Positions 22,201-29,370 of a stretch of 64,000 nt of DNA are shown here, in pieces. Made by a program: the position numbers and the translations under genes. How positions within the stretch are numbered: the first letter of the stretch is position 1; every line of letters starts with the position of its first letter. Source of the stretch: Podarcis pityusensis (Eukaryota); the NCBI GenBank assembly GCA_964106645.2, contig OZ067053.1; one strand, written 5' to 3'. The notes under the pieces are model-generated. The model ran no database searches and was not told where the DNA came from. It saw only the letters and a list, made by a program, of their open reading frames with translations.

Positions 22201-25200
22201 TGGGTCCTTTGATATCAATTTCAGGGCCCTTCAGATCACCTTCCAACTTTGGCACCGAAACATCCACATCCCCCTTCACTTTGGGACCTTTCAAGTTCAA
22301 GTCAAAATCAGGCATGGAGATTTTGGGTGCTTTGATGTTCATCTCTGGCATCTTAAATTTGGGGCCTTTAATTTTGCCTTCAGGTCCTTCAATGTCCAGT
22401 CCAGGAGCTTCAACGTCTACTTTGGGACCTGATATACTGATGTCACCCTTTGGAAGACTGACATCCACACCAGGGCTTTCTCCTTTGAAACCTGGCATTC
22501 CAAATTTGGGCATTTTCATTTTGGGCATCTTCAATTTTCCTTCAGGACCATGAAGGTCAACATCGGGCACATCAATGTCTACTTGGGGCCCCTTGATATC
22601 AATTGCAGGACCTTTTAAGCCACCTTCTAATTTTGGCACAGAAACATCAAAGTCCCCTTTCACTTTAGGCCCTTTCAAGTTCAAATCAATGTCCGGCATG
22701 GAGATCTGAGGAGTTTTAATATGCATTTCAGGCATCTTGAATTTAGGACCTTTTATTCTGCCTTCTGGTCCTTCAATATCTAATCCAGGAGCTTCAATGT
22801 CCACCTTTGGAGCTGAAACATCAATGCTTCCCTTTGGAAGACTGACATCCACATCAGGCATTTCACCTTTCACACCAAACTTGGGCAATTTCATCTTCGG
22901 CATTTTGAGTTCAGGTCCATGAAGTTCGACATCTGGTGTTCCAATGTCCAATTTGGGGCCTTTGATGTCCACAGCTGGGCCCTTTAATTCTCCCTCCACT
23001 TTTGGGATTGAAACGTCGACACCCCCCTTGACTTTAGGGCCTTTCACATTCAGGTCAATGTCTGGCACGGATATTTGGGGGGCCCCCTTGACTTTGGGGC
23101 CTTTCAGATTCAGGTCAATGTCTGGCATGGATATTTGCGGGGTCTTAACATGCATTTCTGGCATCTTGACATGGGGGCCCTTCAGTTGTCCTCCAGGACC
23201 TTTGATGTTGAAGGTGGGAGCTTCAATGTCTACACCTGGAGCTGAAACATCGATGCTTCCCTTTGGAAGACTGACGTCTACATCAGGCACTTCACCTTTC
23301 ACGCCAAACTTGGGCAATTTCATCTTCGGCATTTTAAGTTCAGGTCCATGAAGTTCGACATCTGGTGTTCCAATGTCCAATTTGGGGCCTTTGATGTCCA
23401 CAGCTGGGCCCTTTAATTCTCCTTCCACTTTTGGGATTGAAACGTCGACACCCCCCTTGACTTTAGGGCCTTTCACATTCAGGTCAATGTCTGGCACGGA
23501 TATTTGGGGGGCCCCCTTGACTTTGGGGCCTTTCAGATTCAGGTCAATGTCTGGCATGGATATTTGCGGGGTCTTAACATGCATTTCTGGCATCTTGACA
23601 TGAGGACCTTTCAGTTGTCCTCCAGGACCTTTGATGTTGAAGGTGGGAGCTTCAATGTTTACATCTGGAGCTGAAACATCGATGCTTCCCTTTGGAAGAC
23701 TGACATCTACATCAGGCACTTCACCTTTCACGCCAAACTTGGGCAATTTCATCTTCGGCATTTTAAGTTCAGGTCCATGAAGTTCGACATCTGGTGTTCC
23801 AATGTCCAATTTGGGGCCCTTGATGTCCACAGCTGGGCCCTTTAATTCTCCTTCCACTTTAGGGATTGAAACGTCGACACCCCCCTTGACTTTGGGGCCT
23901 TTCACATTCAGGTCAATGTCTGGCACGGATATTTGGGGGGCCCCCTTGACTTTGGGGCCTTTCAGATTCAGGTCAATGTCTGGCATGGATATTTGCGGGG
24001 TCTTAACATGCATTTCTGGCATCTTGACATGAGGACCTTTCAGTTGTCCTCCAGGACCTTTGATGTTGAAGGTGGGAGCTTCAATGTCTACATTTGGAGC
24101 TGAAACATCGATGCTTCCCTTTGGAAGACTGACGTCTACATCAGGCACTTCTCCTTTCACGCCAAACTTGGGCAATTTCATCTTCGGCATTTTGAGTTCA
24201 GGTCCGTGAAGTTCGACATCTGGTGTTCCAATGTCCAATTTGGGGCCCTTGATGTCCACAGCTGGGCCCTTTAATTCTCCTCCTACTTTTGGGATGGAAA
24301 CGTCGACACCCCCCTTGACTTTGGGGCCTTTCACATTCAGGTCAATGTCTGGGATGGAAATTTGAGGAGCCTTAACATGCATTTCAGGCATCTTGACATG
24401 AGGACCCTTCAGTTGTCCTCCAGGGCCTTTGATACCAATGTCAGGTGCAGCTATGTCCACTTTGGGGCCTTTTAGATCCATCTGGGGCCCCTTGAGGCCG
24501 CCTTCTATCTTTGGCACAGAAACAGCCACATCGCCCTTTAGGTTTGGCCCTTGGACATTCAAGTCCACATCTGGCACAGTGACTTTTACTGGTGATGTTT
24601 GCATGGACGGCATTGAGACTTTTGGACCTTTCAGGTCAACGTTGGCAGTTTCAATATCTAGTTTGGGACCTTTAATATTCATTCCAGGCCCTTTTAAGTG
24701 GCCTTCCACCCTTGGCCCTGAAATGTCCATGGCGCCTTTCCCTTTAGGGCCCCTGAGATTCAAGTCAACATCTGACATAGAAATTTGGGGTGTCTGACCA
24801 GCTATTTCAGGCTTACCAAATCTGGGTCCTTTCACATGGGTTTCAAGGGTCACGTCAGGAGCTTGCAAATCCACTTTAGGTCCTGAGATGTTAAGTCCCC
24901 CTTTTGGAACAGTCACAGTCACTGCAGGGTCTGGTGCAGAAAATTTAGGAAGTTTCATGTGGGGTATTTTAAGTTTTCCTTCGCCCCCTTCAAGACCGAC
25001 ATCTGGAGCCCCAAGATCCACCGCAGGCCCTTGGATATCCACCTTGGGGCCTTCCAATGTTGGAGAGGTGGTCTTTAGGCCACCCTTCAAGTCCACACCT
25101 TTCAGGCCCACGTCCATCTGTGGTTGTGGGATTCCAGGTTCTCCCATGGCCCATTTGGAGCCTTTCAAGGACACTTCTGGGCCTTTTATTGAAGCCGATG

Positions 25201-26050
25201 GAGCCACTGCATCAAGCTGAGGAACCTCAACATCAGAAACTGATATACCAAATTTGGGCATTTTCATTGCAGGAAACGCCACCTTTCCTGTGCTTCCAGT
25301 GTTGATATCTGGAGATTTGATGTTGCCTTCGACGCTGGTACTGGAGATGTCCACTTTTGGACCTTTCAGATCACCTTGAATTTGGGGTCCCGAAATACCA
25401 ACTGAAGGCCCCTTGAGGTGGGGCAATGATAAATCAGCTTGCAGCCCTCCCACATCACCTTGGATTTTACCCCGACCTCCTTTCCCATTCACTTCTGGTG
25501 TTGTAACATGGAAACCAGCTTCCTGGCCTCCTGGTATAAAGTCAGTCTGGGTTCTCAGATCTACACCTGTGACATGAGGCCCAAATATTCGAATATCAGT
25601 TTTCCCAACCTTAGGCTGTTCCATGTGGATGCCAGGAACACCAAACTCCAACCTCTGAGAGGGTGACTCAATAGTTGGTCCGGTATACGTAACGTCAGGT
25701 CTTCCTCTCACCCCAGCGTGGGAGTCTGTTATCTGGGTAGTTGTTCTCCCTGACAAGTCAACGTGTGGGATCTTGATGACAGTTTTCCCAGGTTCTGTTT
25801 CAATCTCGGCTTTGGAAATGTGGGTGAGTTCATGTTTCGGAATCTTAATTTTAAACTCCGGGCTGCTGATGTCAATCTCTTTGGCTCCCTCATGACCTGT
25901 GACGTCGACAGTGTAAGCAGTAACTCTCTTGGTGACTGTGATGGTTCTGCTTTGGGTTCCTGTGTGCTCAACTTCCATGCCATCTTCCGATTTAAGGCGA
26001 GGCTTGATTTTTGTGGTATAAATCCGTTTGTACTCTTCGTCATCTCCGCT
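10223..26050 (-). CDS. AHNAK: AHNAK (desmoyokin) giant repeat-coding terminal exon
   Basis: The acceptor ttcctctctgttccag ends at 26051. The exon begins SGDDEEYKRIYTTKIKPRLKSEDG and contains dozens of PKFKMPEM/PKISMPDVDLNLKGP repeats. The C-terminal motifs KGKFSFFK..RHRSSSFSDE and KLKFGTFGG precede TGA at 10225-10223. The exon has 15828 coding nt. Confidence 0.97.
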   Translation of the reverse strand, partial: SGDDEEYKRIYTTKIKPRLKSEDGMEVEHTGTQSRTITVTKRVTAYTVDVTGHEGAKEIDISSPEFKIKIPKHELTHISKAEIETEPGKTVIKIPHVDLSGRTTTQITDSHAGVRGRPDVTYTGPTIESPSQRLEFGVPGIHMEQPKVGKTDIRIFGPHVTGVDLRTQTDFIPGGQEAGFHVTTPEVNGKGGRGKIQGDVGGLQADLSLPHLKGPSVGISGPQIQGDLKGPKVDISSTSVEGNIKSPDINTGSTGKVAFPAMKMPKFGISVSDVEVPQLDAVAPSASIKGPEVSLKGSKWAMGEPGIPQPQMDVGLKGVDLKGGLKTTSPTLEGPKVDIQGPAVDLGAPDVGLEGGEGKLKIPHMKLPKFSAPDPAVTVTVPKGGLNISGPKVDLQAPDVTLETHVKGPRFGKPEIAGQTPQISMSDVDLNLRGPKGKGAMDISGPRVEGHLKGPGMNIKGPKLDIETANVDLKGPKVSMPSMQTSPVKVTVPDVDLNVQGPNLKGDVAVSVPKIEGGLKGPQMDLKGPKVDIAAPDIGIKGPGGQLKGPHVKMPEMHVKAPQISIPDIDLNVKGPKVKGGVDVSIPKVGGELKGPAVDIKGPKLDIGTPDVELHGPELKMPKMKLPKFGVKGEVPDVDVSLPKGSIDVSAPNVDIEAPTFNIKGPGGQLKGPHVKMPEMHVKTPQISMPDIDLNLKGPKVKGAPQISVPDIDLNVKGPKVKGGVDVSIPKVEGELKGPAVDIKGPKLDIGTPDVELHGPELKMPKMKLPKFGVKGEVPDVDVSLPKGSIDVSAPDVNIEAPTFNIKGPGGQLKGPHVKMPEMHVKTPQISMPDIDLNLKGPKVKGAPQISVPDIDLNVKGPKVKGGVDVSIPKVEGELKGPAVDIKGPKLDIGTPDVELHGPELKMPKMKLPKFGVKGEVPDVDVSLPKGSIDVSAPGVDIEAPTFNIKGPGGQLKGPHVKMPEMHVKTPQISMPDIDLNLKGPKVKGAPQISVPDIDLNVKGPKVKGGVDVSIPKVEGELKGPAVDIKGPKLDIGTPDVELHGPELKMPKMKLPKFGVKGEMPDVDVSLPKGSIDVSAPKVDIEAPGLDIEGPEGRIKGPKFKMPEMHIKTPQISMPDIDLNLKGPKVKGDFDVSVPKLEGGLKGPAIDIKGPQVDIDVPDVDLHGPEGKLKMPKMKMPKFGMPGFKGESPGVDVSLPKGDISISGPKVDVEAPGLDIEGPEGKIKGPKFKMPEMNIKAPKISMPDFDLNLKGPKVKGDVDVSVPKLEGDLKGPEIDIKGPKLDVDVPDVELEGPDGKWKGPKFKMPEMNIKAPKISMPDVDFNLKGPKLKGDVDVSLPKVEGDFKGPEIDIKGPKVDIDAPDVDLHGPEGKLKMPKFKMPKFGMPSFKAEGPEVDVNLPKADIDLSAPKVDIEAPALDIEGPEGKLKGPKFKMPELNIHAPKISMPDVDFNLKGPKLKGDVDISGPKIEGDLKGPKVNIEGPNLDVDVPDVELEGPEGKIKGSRFKMPKLNIKSPKISMPDVDLNLKAPKMKGEMDVSVPKIEGDMKGPSIDIKGPKLDVDLPDVDLEGPDAKIKMPKMKLPRFGVPGFKGEGPDVDMSLPKADIDVSGPKLNADMPSIDIEGPEGKLKGPKFKMPEMHFKTPKISMPDIDLNLKGPRARGEMDVTVPNIEGNLKGPQMDIKGPKVDIEAPDIDIEGPEGKWKSPKFKMPEMHIKAPKISMPDVDLNLKGPKIKGDVDVSVPKLEGDLKGPEFDIKGPKLDIDMPDVDLHGPEGKLKMPKFKMPKFGMPGFKGEGPDVDVSLPKADIDVSVPKVDVDAPSLDIEGPEGKVKGPRFKMPDMHFKAPKISLPDVDLNLKGPKVKGEYDVTVPKLEGDLKGPDFNIKGPKLDIDAPDVDIEGPEGKWKSPKFKMPEMHIKAPKISMPDVDLNLKGPKIKGDVDVSVPKLEGDLKGPEFDIKGPKLDIDMPDVDLHGPEGKLKMPKFKMPKFGMPGFKGEGPDVDVSLPKADIDVSVPKVDVDAPSLDIEGPEGKVKGPRFKMPDMHFKAPKISMPDVDFNLKGPKLKGDVDVSVPKLEGDLKGPDVDIKGPKLDVDLPDVELEGPEGKLRGPKFKMPDMHFKTPKISMPDFDLNLKGPKVKGDVDVSVPKLEGDLKGPNIDIKGPGLDIDAPDVNIEGPEGKWKSPKFKMPEVHIKAPKISMPDIDLNLRGPKVKGDLDVSVPKLEGDLKGPEVDLKGPKLDIDVPDVDLEGPEGKLKGPKFKMPEMHIKAPKISMPDLDLGLKGPKVKGDVDVSVPKLEGDLKGPDVNIKGPKVGVDIPDVEIEGPEGKLKGPKFKMPEMHFNVPKISMPDIDLNWRGPKIKGDADVSVPKLEGDLKGPNVDIKGPKLDVDIPDVELEGPEGKLKGPKFKMPEMNIKAPKISMPDFDLNLKGPKLKGDVDVSLPKVEGDLKGPDVDIKGPKLDIDAPDFSIDGPEGKVKGPKFKMPDMHFKAPKISMPDVDFNLKGPKLKGDVDVSVPKLEGDLKGPDVDIKGPKLDVDLPDVELEGPEGKLKGPKFKMPDMHFKTPKISMPDFDLNLKGPKVKGDVDVSVPKLEGDLKGPEIDIKGPKLDVDVPDVELEGPDGKWKGPKFKMPEMNIKAPKISMPDVDFNLKGPKLKGDVDVSLPKVEGDLKGPEIDIKGPKLEIDAPDVDLHGPEGKLKMPKFKMPKFGMPGFKGEGPELDVNLPKGDIDISAPKVDIEGPELDIEGPDGKIKGPKFKMPEMHIKAPKLSMPDVDLNLKGPKLKGDVDVSLPKVEGGLKGPDIDIKGPKLDIDAPDVDLHGPEGKLKMPKFKMPKFGMPGFKGEGPSVDVSLPKGEMDISGPSLDIETPDLEIEGPEGKLRGPKFKKPEINFNVPKISMPDIDLNLKGPKLKGDLEGDIKGPNVELKGPEVDLEAPKIDIEAKTKKSRFKLPKFSFSGPKVHTPEVDVKLKKPDVNISGPKVDVQGPDVDVHGKVKGPKFKMPSLNISSPKVSKPDVELNLKGPKLKGDLDVSAPSLEGDLKGPDIDIKGPKLDIDVPDVDLHGPEGKLKMPKFKMPKFGMPGFKAEGPEVDINLPKAEIDVSGPKVDIETPDLDIEGPEGKIKGPKLKMPEMHFNVPKISMPDINLKGPKLKGDVDVSVPKLEGDLKGPDVDIKGPKLDVDLPDVELEGPEGKLKGPKFKMPDMHFKTPKISMPDFDLNLKGPKVKGDVDVLVPKLEGDLKGPEIDIKGPKLDVDVPDVELEGPEGKWKSPKFKMPEMNIKGPKISMPDVDFNLKGPKLKGDVDVSLPKVEGDFKGPEIDIKGPKLDIDAPDVDLHGPEGKLKMPKFKMPKFGMPGFKAEGPDVDVSLPKADLDVSLPKVDIDAPSLDIEGPEGKVKGPKFKMPDMHFKAPKISMPDVDFNLKGPKLKGDVDVSVPKLEGDLKGPDVDIKGPKLDVDLPDVELEGPEGKLRGPKFKMPDMHFKAPKISMPDFDLNLKGPKVKGDVDMSVPKLEGDLKGPDVDIKGPKLDVDVPDVELEGPEGKWKSPKFKMPEMNIKAPKISMPDVDFNLKGPKMKGDMDVSLPKVEGDLKGPEIDIKGPKLDIDAPDVDLHGPEGKLKMPKFKMPKFGMPGFKAEGPDVDVSLPKADLDVSLPKVDIDAPSLDIEGPEGKVKGPKFKMPDMHFKAPKISMPDVDFNLKGPKLKGDVDVSVPKLEGDLKGPDVDIKGPKLDVDLPDVELEGPEGKLKGPKFKMPDMHFKTPKISMPDFDLNLKGPKVKGDVDVSVPKLEGDLKGPEIDIKGPKLDVDVPDVELEGPDGKWKGPKFKMPEMNIKAPKISMPDVDFNLKGPKLKGDVDVSLPKVEGDFKGPEIDIKGPKLDIDAPDVDLHGPEGKLKMPKFKMPKFGMPSFKAEGPDVDVSLPKADLDVSLPKVDIDAPSLDIEGPEGKVKGPKFKMPDMHFKAPKISMPDVDFNLKGPKLKGDVDVSVPKLEGDLKGPDVDIKGPKLDVDLPDVELEGPEGKLRGPKFKMPDMHFKAPKISMPDFDLNLKGPKVKGDVDMSVPKLEGDLKGPDVDIKGPKLDVDVPDVELEGPEGKWKSPKFKMPDMHFKAPKISMPDMNLNLKGPKLKGDVDVSIPEFEGDLRGPEIDIKGPKIDAPDIDIEGPDGKLKGPKFKMPEMNIKAPKLSMPDVDLNLKGPKLKGDVDVSLPKLEGDLKAPDVDIHGPKLDVSVPDVELECPEGKLKGPKFKMPDMHFKTPKISMPDFDLNLKGPKVKGDVDVSVPKLEGDLKGPEIDIKGPKLDVDVPDVELEGPEGKWKSPKFKMPEMNIKGPKISMPDVDFNLKGPKLKGDVDVSLPKVEGDFKGPEIDIKGPQLDIDAPNVDIHGPDGKVKFPKMKLPKFGMPEFKGEGPHIDVNVPKGELELSGPSLNIEGPEGKLKGPKIKTPQISMPEIDLNLKGPKVKGDVDVALPKVEGSLKGPGIDIQGPGIEAKGPEIDLECPDVNLEGPEGNVKLPKFKMPKFGFGAKSPKADISLPEGELNVESPDISISGKGKKSKFKMPKIHMSGPKVKGKKAGFAVSGDMDASMKSPDLEGSISVPEASLKGDMNIKSPKGKKSMFGKLSFPDVEFDIKSPMFKADASLPKVEGEIKSPGIDVSSPSLKSPDLDITVPSGSASLPDVNIGGPDIHLKKPKFKFSGGNVDLAGPKLEGDLRGPSVDANLSAPDISLKGPSVNLPSMGVSAPSMSAPDINLKGPKLKGDIDLPQMEGQGLEGKLKMPKFGLPKIGKPGVKVEGPEVDLQGKLPSASVDVSAPSIGGSVSAPAVDVSLKGPKFGGDVGLSGDIKGPKIGFGTPDVDVSGFEGKLKMPKAPGLDVNVSAPDLDVKAPTVKMASGGGISAPDFDVNLKGPKIKGDFGISGGITSPKVAVEAPDVNVEGSGVGIKIPCMKLPQFGIASEGGSISGPQIKGPEVDLKGHDISAPGFDLNVKGPSLKGDVNVSGGMKGQQIGMGAPGVKISGMGLDAGAPDVSLRGPSLNVSAPKVSGPELNMGMQGSGGLQFSGPKAGVDLKGPKLEVKGPSVGVNVPHGHVESPSGQVSFPKMKMPKFVVAGQELTGREVGVDVEFPQAPEASFHAGAVNVELEEPDIKLKKSKIKMPKFPFSKSKVKGSVGSPEISVSASGCEGELQASLGSLEGDVEVEGSASPKGKFSFFKGKKSRHRSSSFSDEHSSHSTPTGTLEHDKGKQAKLKFGTFGGIGAKTKGSYEVSGSDDEMK
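12900..22800 (-). repeat. AHNAK central coding tandem repeats built from 54-aa (A) and 74-aa (B) modules
   Basis: A = KLKMPKFKMPKFGMP...IEGPEG (162 bp). B = KxKGPKFKMP...LEGPEG (222 bp). Higher-order periods of 606, 828 and 1656 bp are visible. Confidence 0.9.
22800..24425 (-). repeat. 429-bp (143-aa) near-identical coding tandem repeat, about 3.7 copies
   Basis: The same anchor sequence, atgtccaatttgggg, occurs at 22944, 23373, 23802 and 24231. Confidence 0.92.
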
Positions 26051-26490
26051 CTGGAACAGAGAGGAATGAGTTGTTACTGCCAACAGTAGTCTAAACATAA
26101 AATACTGATATCTACACCTATTAGTCTATCACATCTAAATCTACAAGTGTAGTATGGATTGATGCACATACAGAAAGTGGATGTCGCTTGTAGACAGTTG
26201 AAGAGGCCTTAGTTCTCTGCAGGGCTTTTTTTCCAAATAAAAAATTAAAATTCCTGCACATAGAAAGCAAGATATCAGCAAAATCAACAACACTGTAGCC
26301 TTGCCTTTCTCCTTGATAATTTGCTTTCCACATGCAGAGAATTTTGTAGTGCCAACCAGTAACATAAGGCCTCACCCACAAAACTTGAAGTGAAACAGCC
26401 CAGACGTGGGATGATCAACTCTGAAAGAATTTGTTCCGCTTCAAATAACTAGTGCGAGGATATTCATTTCACTTTTAACTTTTAAACTGC

Positions 26491-26945
26491 TTTTTTTTTT
26501 TAACTTTTATTTTGCTTTAAACAGGTACATATATATATAGACAACCAAAATTACAAAGGAAAATTCCTTAATAGTAATGGAAAAAAAACTTTAAAAACTA
26601 CAAAAAATATCAAAGTACATAACACAGAACATAAGCAACTATGGAAAAGATAAAAGAAAAGAAAAAAGAAAAATAAGAAAAAAAATAAAAAGGAAGATGA
26701 GCCAAAGCAGGAAGGCTCATCTATTGTACACTTCCGTCAAGCTCACAACAGATCATTATTCTTATCAAATATCTCTATCTGCATTCCAAAGGAATCCCTC
26801 ATCTTGGTATTAGGGAACATTTCTCTATGCGGCATCATTCTAAACATAGCCAGATCTTTCTTGCTGAGCCCTTGTCCCCTAAATAATTATTTAAACATTC
26901 CCATTCTTCTTTCACCAATTTTTTAGGTTTATCTCTTATTGCATC
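26491..26945 (-). mobile_element. L1-like LINE 3' end with poly(A), in the last AHNAK intron
   Basis: The minus strand encodes DAIRDKPKKLVKEEWECLNNYLG, resembling the C-terminus of non-mammalian L1 ORF2. A T-rich 3'UTR and poly(A) follow. A near-duplicated flank (ttttaaactgcttttttt / ttttatactgcttttttt) suggests a TSD. Confidence 0.55.
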
Positions 26946-27392
26946 TTTTATACTGCTTTTTTTATATTACCATACACAAGGCGGTTTATAAGCTGAAGAA
27001 ACGACAAAATAGACAGCAAAGATCACACACCTACTAACAATCTGATCCAATACCAAAAAAAGTCATAATAAAAAACATAACTTTAAAGTAAACAACCAGT
27101 GGCCCTCCGGGTGCAGTTGAACTACAACTCCCATCATCCCTGATTATACTGGCTGGAACTGTTGAGGGTCCAACAAGTTACCTGTCCCTGAACTCACCTT
27201 TTGGTACCTGCCCTCAACTCCTTAACTGATTGCATTTGTAAATTTGATAAAAGTCTTCCTCTGGTGTCCTGGAATATCCAAGGCGCCACAGGTGTATGGA
27301 AAGAGCCAGGTCTCAAGTTACCCCAGCCCACCCTTAGATCCTTCCTCCATCATCTACAGAAGGGGGTCCTCTCCATGACAATGCTCACTCAC

Positions 27393-27580
27393 CAAAACAA
27401 CCTCTGGACTCCTTGAGGCAAAGACGTCATGGGACCAGGACTGTCCTGGCAATGGAGACCGGTCGCCTTTCCTCTGCAGCCGAAGGCCAACAGTGTGGTG
27501 GCCCACGTTCTTCAGGAGCTCTGTGACTTCCCCGGACTGCAGGTTGTCGAAGTAGATTGTGGCACTCACGATCTGATCCC
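27393..27580 (-). CDS. AHNAK: AHNAK coding exon 2 (C-terminal half of the PDZ domain)
   Basis: Encodes GDQIVSATIYFDNLQSGEVTELLKNVGHHTVGLRLQRKGDRSP...EVVL, with a cccctcag acceptor and TTG/GTGAGT donor. It is 188 nt, and the phases fit both neighbouring exons. Confidence 0.95.
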
Positions 27581-28535
27581 CTGAGGGGGGTGGGGGTGGG
27601 ATTAAGAACATTAAGAAAAAGCCCTGCATCCACACTGGCCAACCAGAGGCCTCTGAGAAACCCGCACAATAGGGCAGGAGCACTTGTTTGCTCCCCAGCA
27701 GCTGGTATTCAGAGACAGACTGCCCCTAAACTTGGAGGCTCCAGTTAGCTGTCATGGCTAGCAGCAGTTGATAAACCTATTGTCCTCCATGAACTTATCG
27801 AAAAGCCAGCCCATTTTAAGAAGATAATTGAACTAGTCCATGATATGCTGTGTGTAGAGCTGCTTCATTCTTTTTAATTATTATTTTTGCCTCTCCTAAA
27901 CCTAACACATCTGGTATTAAGAGAGCCCAGCTGAGTGCAAAATGTCCTGAAGGGATAGCTTGCCGACGTGGGCTGAGCAAAGTTCTGCAATCCTTACCCT
28001 TCTGTTTTTAATTTATTTTTTTCCCATTTCTATCACACTCTCCAAAAATAGCACATTAGGCCAGTCCTTTGTCACAGGTCCCATCTGCACGACACTTTTA
28101 AAGCAGCATCATACCGCTTTAGAACAGTCAAGGAATCTTGGGAACTTCAATATGTTAAGGGTGCCAAGAGTTGTTGGGAGACCCCATTCCCTTCACAGAG
28201 CTACAACTCCCAAAGGTTTCTGAGAAGAGGGATAGACTGCTAAACCACTCTGGGAACTGTAGCTCTGGGGTGGGGGAATAGGGGTCTCTAAACACCCTTC
28301 AGCACCATTAGCAGACTGCAGCCCCCAGGATTCTCTGCAGGAAGCCGTGACTGTTTAAAGTAGTATTGCAGTGCTTTAAAAGTATGGTGTGGATATTGAG
28401 CACGTGACTCTTCCAAGATGTCATGGGGGACTCTTTGTGACCATAAAGAGGATGCCCTCTGGTGGCTTTAAAAGTTGATGATGTCCAGCCACTCTGCCCC
28501 CACCCAGACCACCCCCCACAAACCACCTCACTGAC

Positions 28536-28692
28536 CTTCTTTCACAATGCCTGCTTTGGCAGCGGGTGAGTCCTGTTGAACCTGTTTCACGAAAACGCCT
28601 TCGTTCGTCTGGTCGATGGTAAGTCCGCGAGAGCCAATGCCTTCCCAGTCGGGGAGCAGAATCTCCCGGGTCTCTTCTTCCTCCTTCTCCAT
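28536..28692 (-). CDS. AHNAK: AHNAK coding exon 1 (start codon and N-terminal half of the PDZ domain)
   Basis: The ATG directly follows the acceptor AG and encodes MEKEEEETREILLPDWEGIGSRGLTIDQTNEGVFVKQVQQDSPAAKAGIVKE. The donor is G/GTCAGT and the exon is 157 nt. The total CDS is 16173 nt (5390 aa). Confidence 0.95.
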
Positions 28693-28871
28693 CTTAAGGA
28701 AGGAAGGAAGTGTGTAAATAGGAACTCAAGAGGCTGCGCGTAAAAAGGAGAACTCCTTCTCAAATTCTGCACCTCAAAAGTATGCTACAGGCTTAGTCTA
28801 TTTCAGAAAATGCATTTTGCTCTATTATATTTTCATCCCAATCTTGCTCCAACAATCTCAGGGCAGTTATA

Positions 28872-29040
28872 TAAGGACATAAGATGATCCGGCAGGATCA
28901 GGCCAAAGGTGGTCCATCAAGCCCACAATCCTGTTCTCACAGTGACCAACCAGAGGCTTGTGGGAAACCTGTCAGCAGGATTCGAGCACAAGAGTCCTCT
29001 CCCCTCCTGTGGTTTCCAGCAACTGGTATTCAGAAGCACT
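28872..29040 (-). mobile_element. CR1-like LINE 3' end fragment
   Basis: Carries the ggatcaggcca...cctgttctcacagtg.ccaaccaga motif shared with the copies at 48355, 54037 and 63846. Family assignment is from recall. Confidence 0.55.
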
Positions 29041-29276
29041 GGTGCCACCAAATGTTTAGTTGAGATGCCATTATCCACACAATAGCCTGGTGAGGTTGGT
29101 TACGTCAATGGCCGTTTGCCCCAAGGTGACCCACCAAGTTGCTGGGCTGAATTGCTGTGTTCCAAATCCAGTGCTCTACCCTGTGCTGTACATAGCTTCT
29201 CTCCAGGGCTAGGAGATCTGGATAAATACGGCACAGTAGTACCACTGCTTTACTAATAAAGAATAGACTGAATCAC

Positions 29277-29370
29277 CTTTCTAGGACTTTGGTCCAGGCC
29301 GGAACCGCCCCAGGAATTCCCTTCTCGTCACTTGCCAATCCTTTGGTAATGTTTCTTCCAACTTCCCAAC
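29277..29370 (-). other. AHNAK: Probable AHNAK non-coding 5'UTR exon 2
   Basis: A 94-nt ATG-free segment between a strong acceptor (ttttgttttctcttctag) and an AAG/GTGATT donor, ~0.6 kb upstream of the ATG exon. This matches the mammalian AHNAK layout. Confidence 0.65.

Noticed and set aside
12930-22553. Giant plus-strand ORFs of 1379 aa and 1756 aa antisense to AHNAK
   Set aside because: They are shadow ORFs. In this frame a stop needs a sense Tyr codon after a pyrimidine, or a His/Gln codon after T, and AHNAK repeats nearly lack these. For example, the stop at 17067-69 arises at a Val-His pair. The products are low-complexity mirrors of the repeat.
12900-24425. Regularly spaced repeats as a CRISPR array or non-coding satellite
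   Set aside because: They are in-frame coding repeats with no unique spacers, in vertebrate DNA.
26051-26098. MFRLLLAVTTHSSLFQ start of the 5291-aa ORF
   Set aside because: This is intronic sequence (polypyrimidine tract and acceptor). The true start is at 28692.
28693-28702. TTCCTTAAG before the AHNAK ATG, resembling a U12 branch point
   Set aside because: It is simply the 3' splice site, and the upstream donor (AAG/GTGATT) is U2-type.
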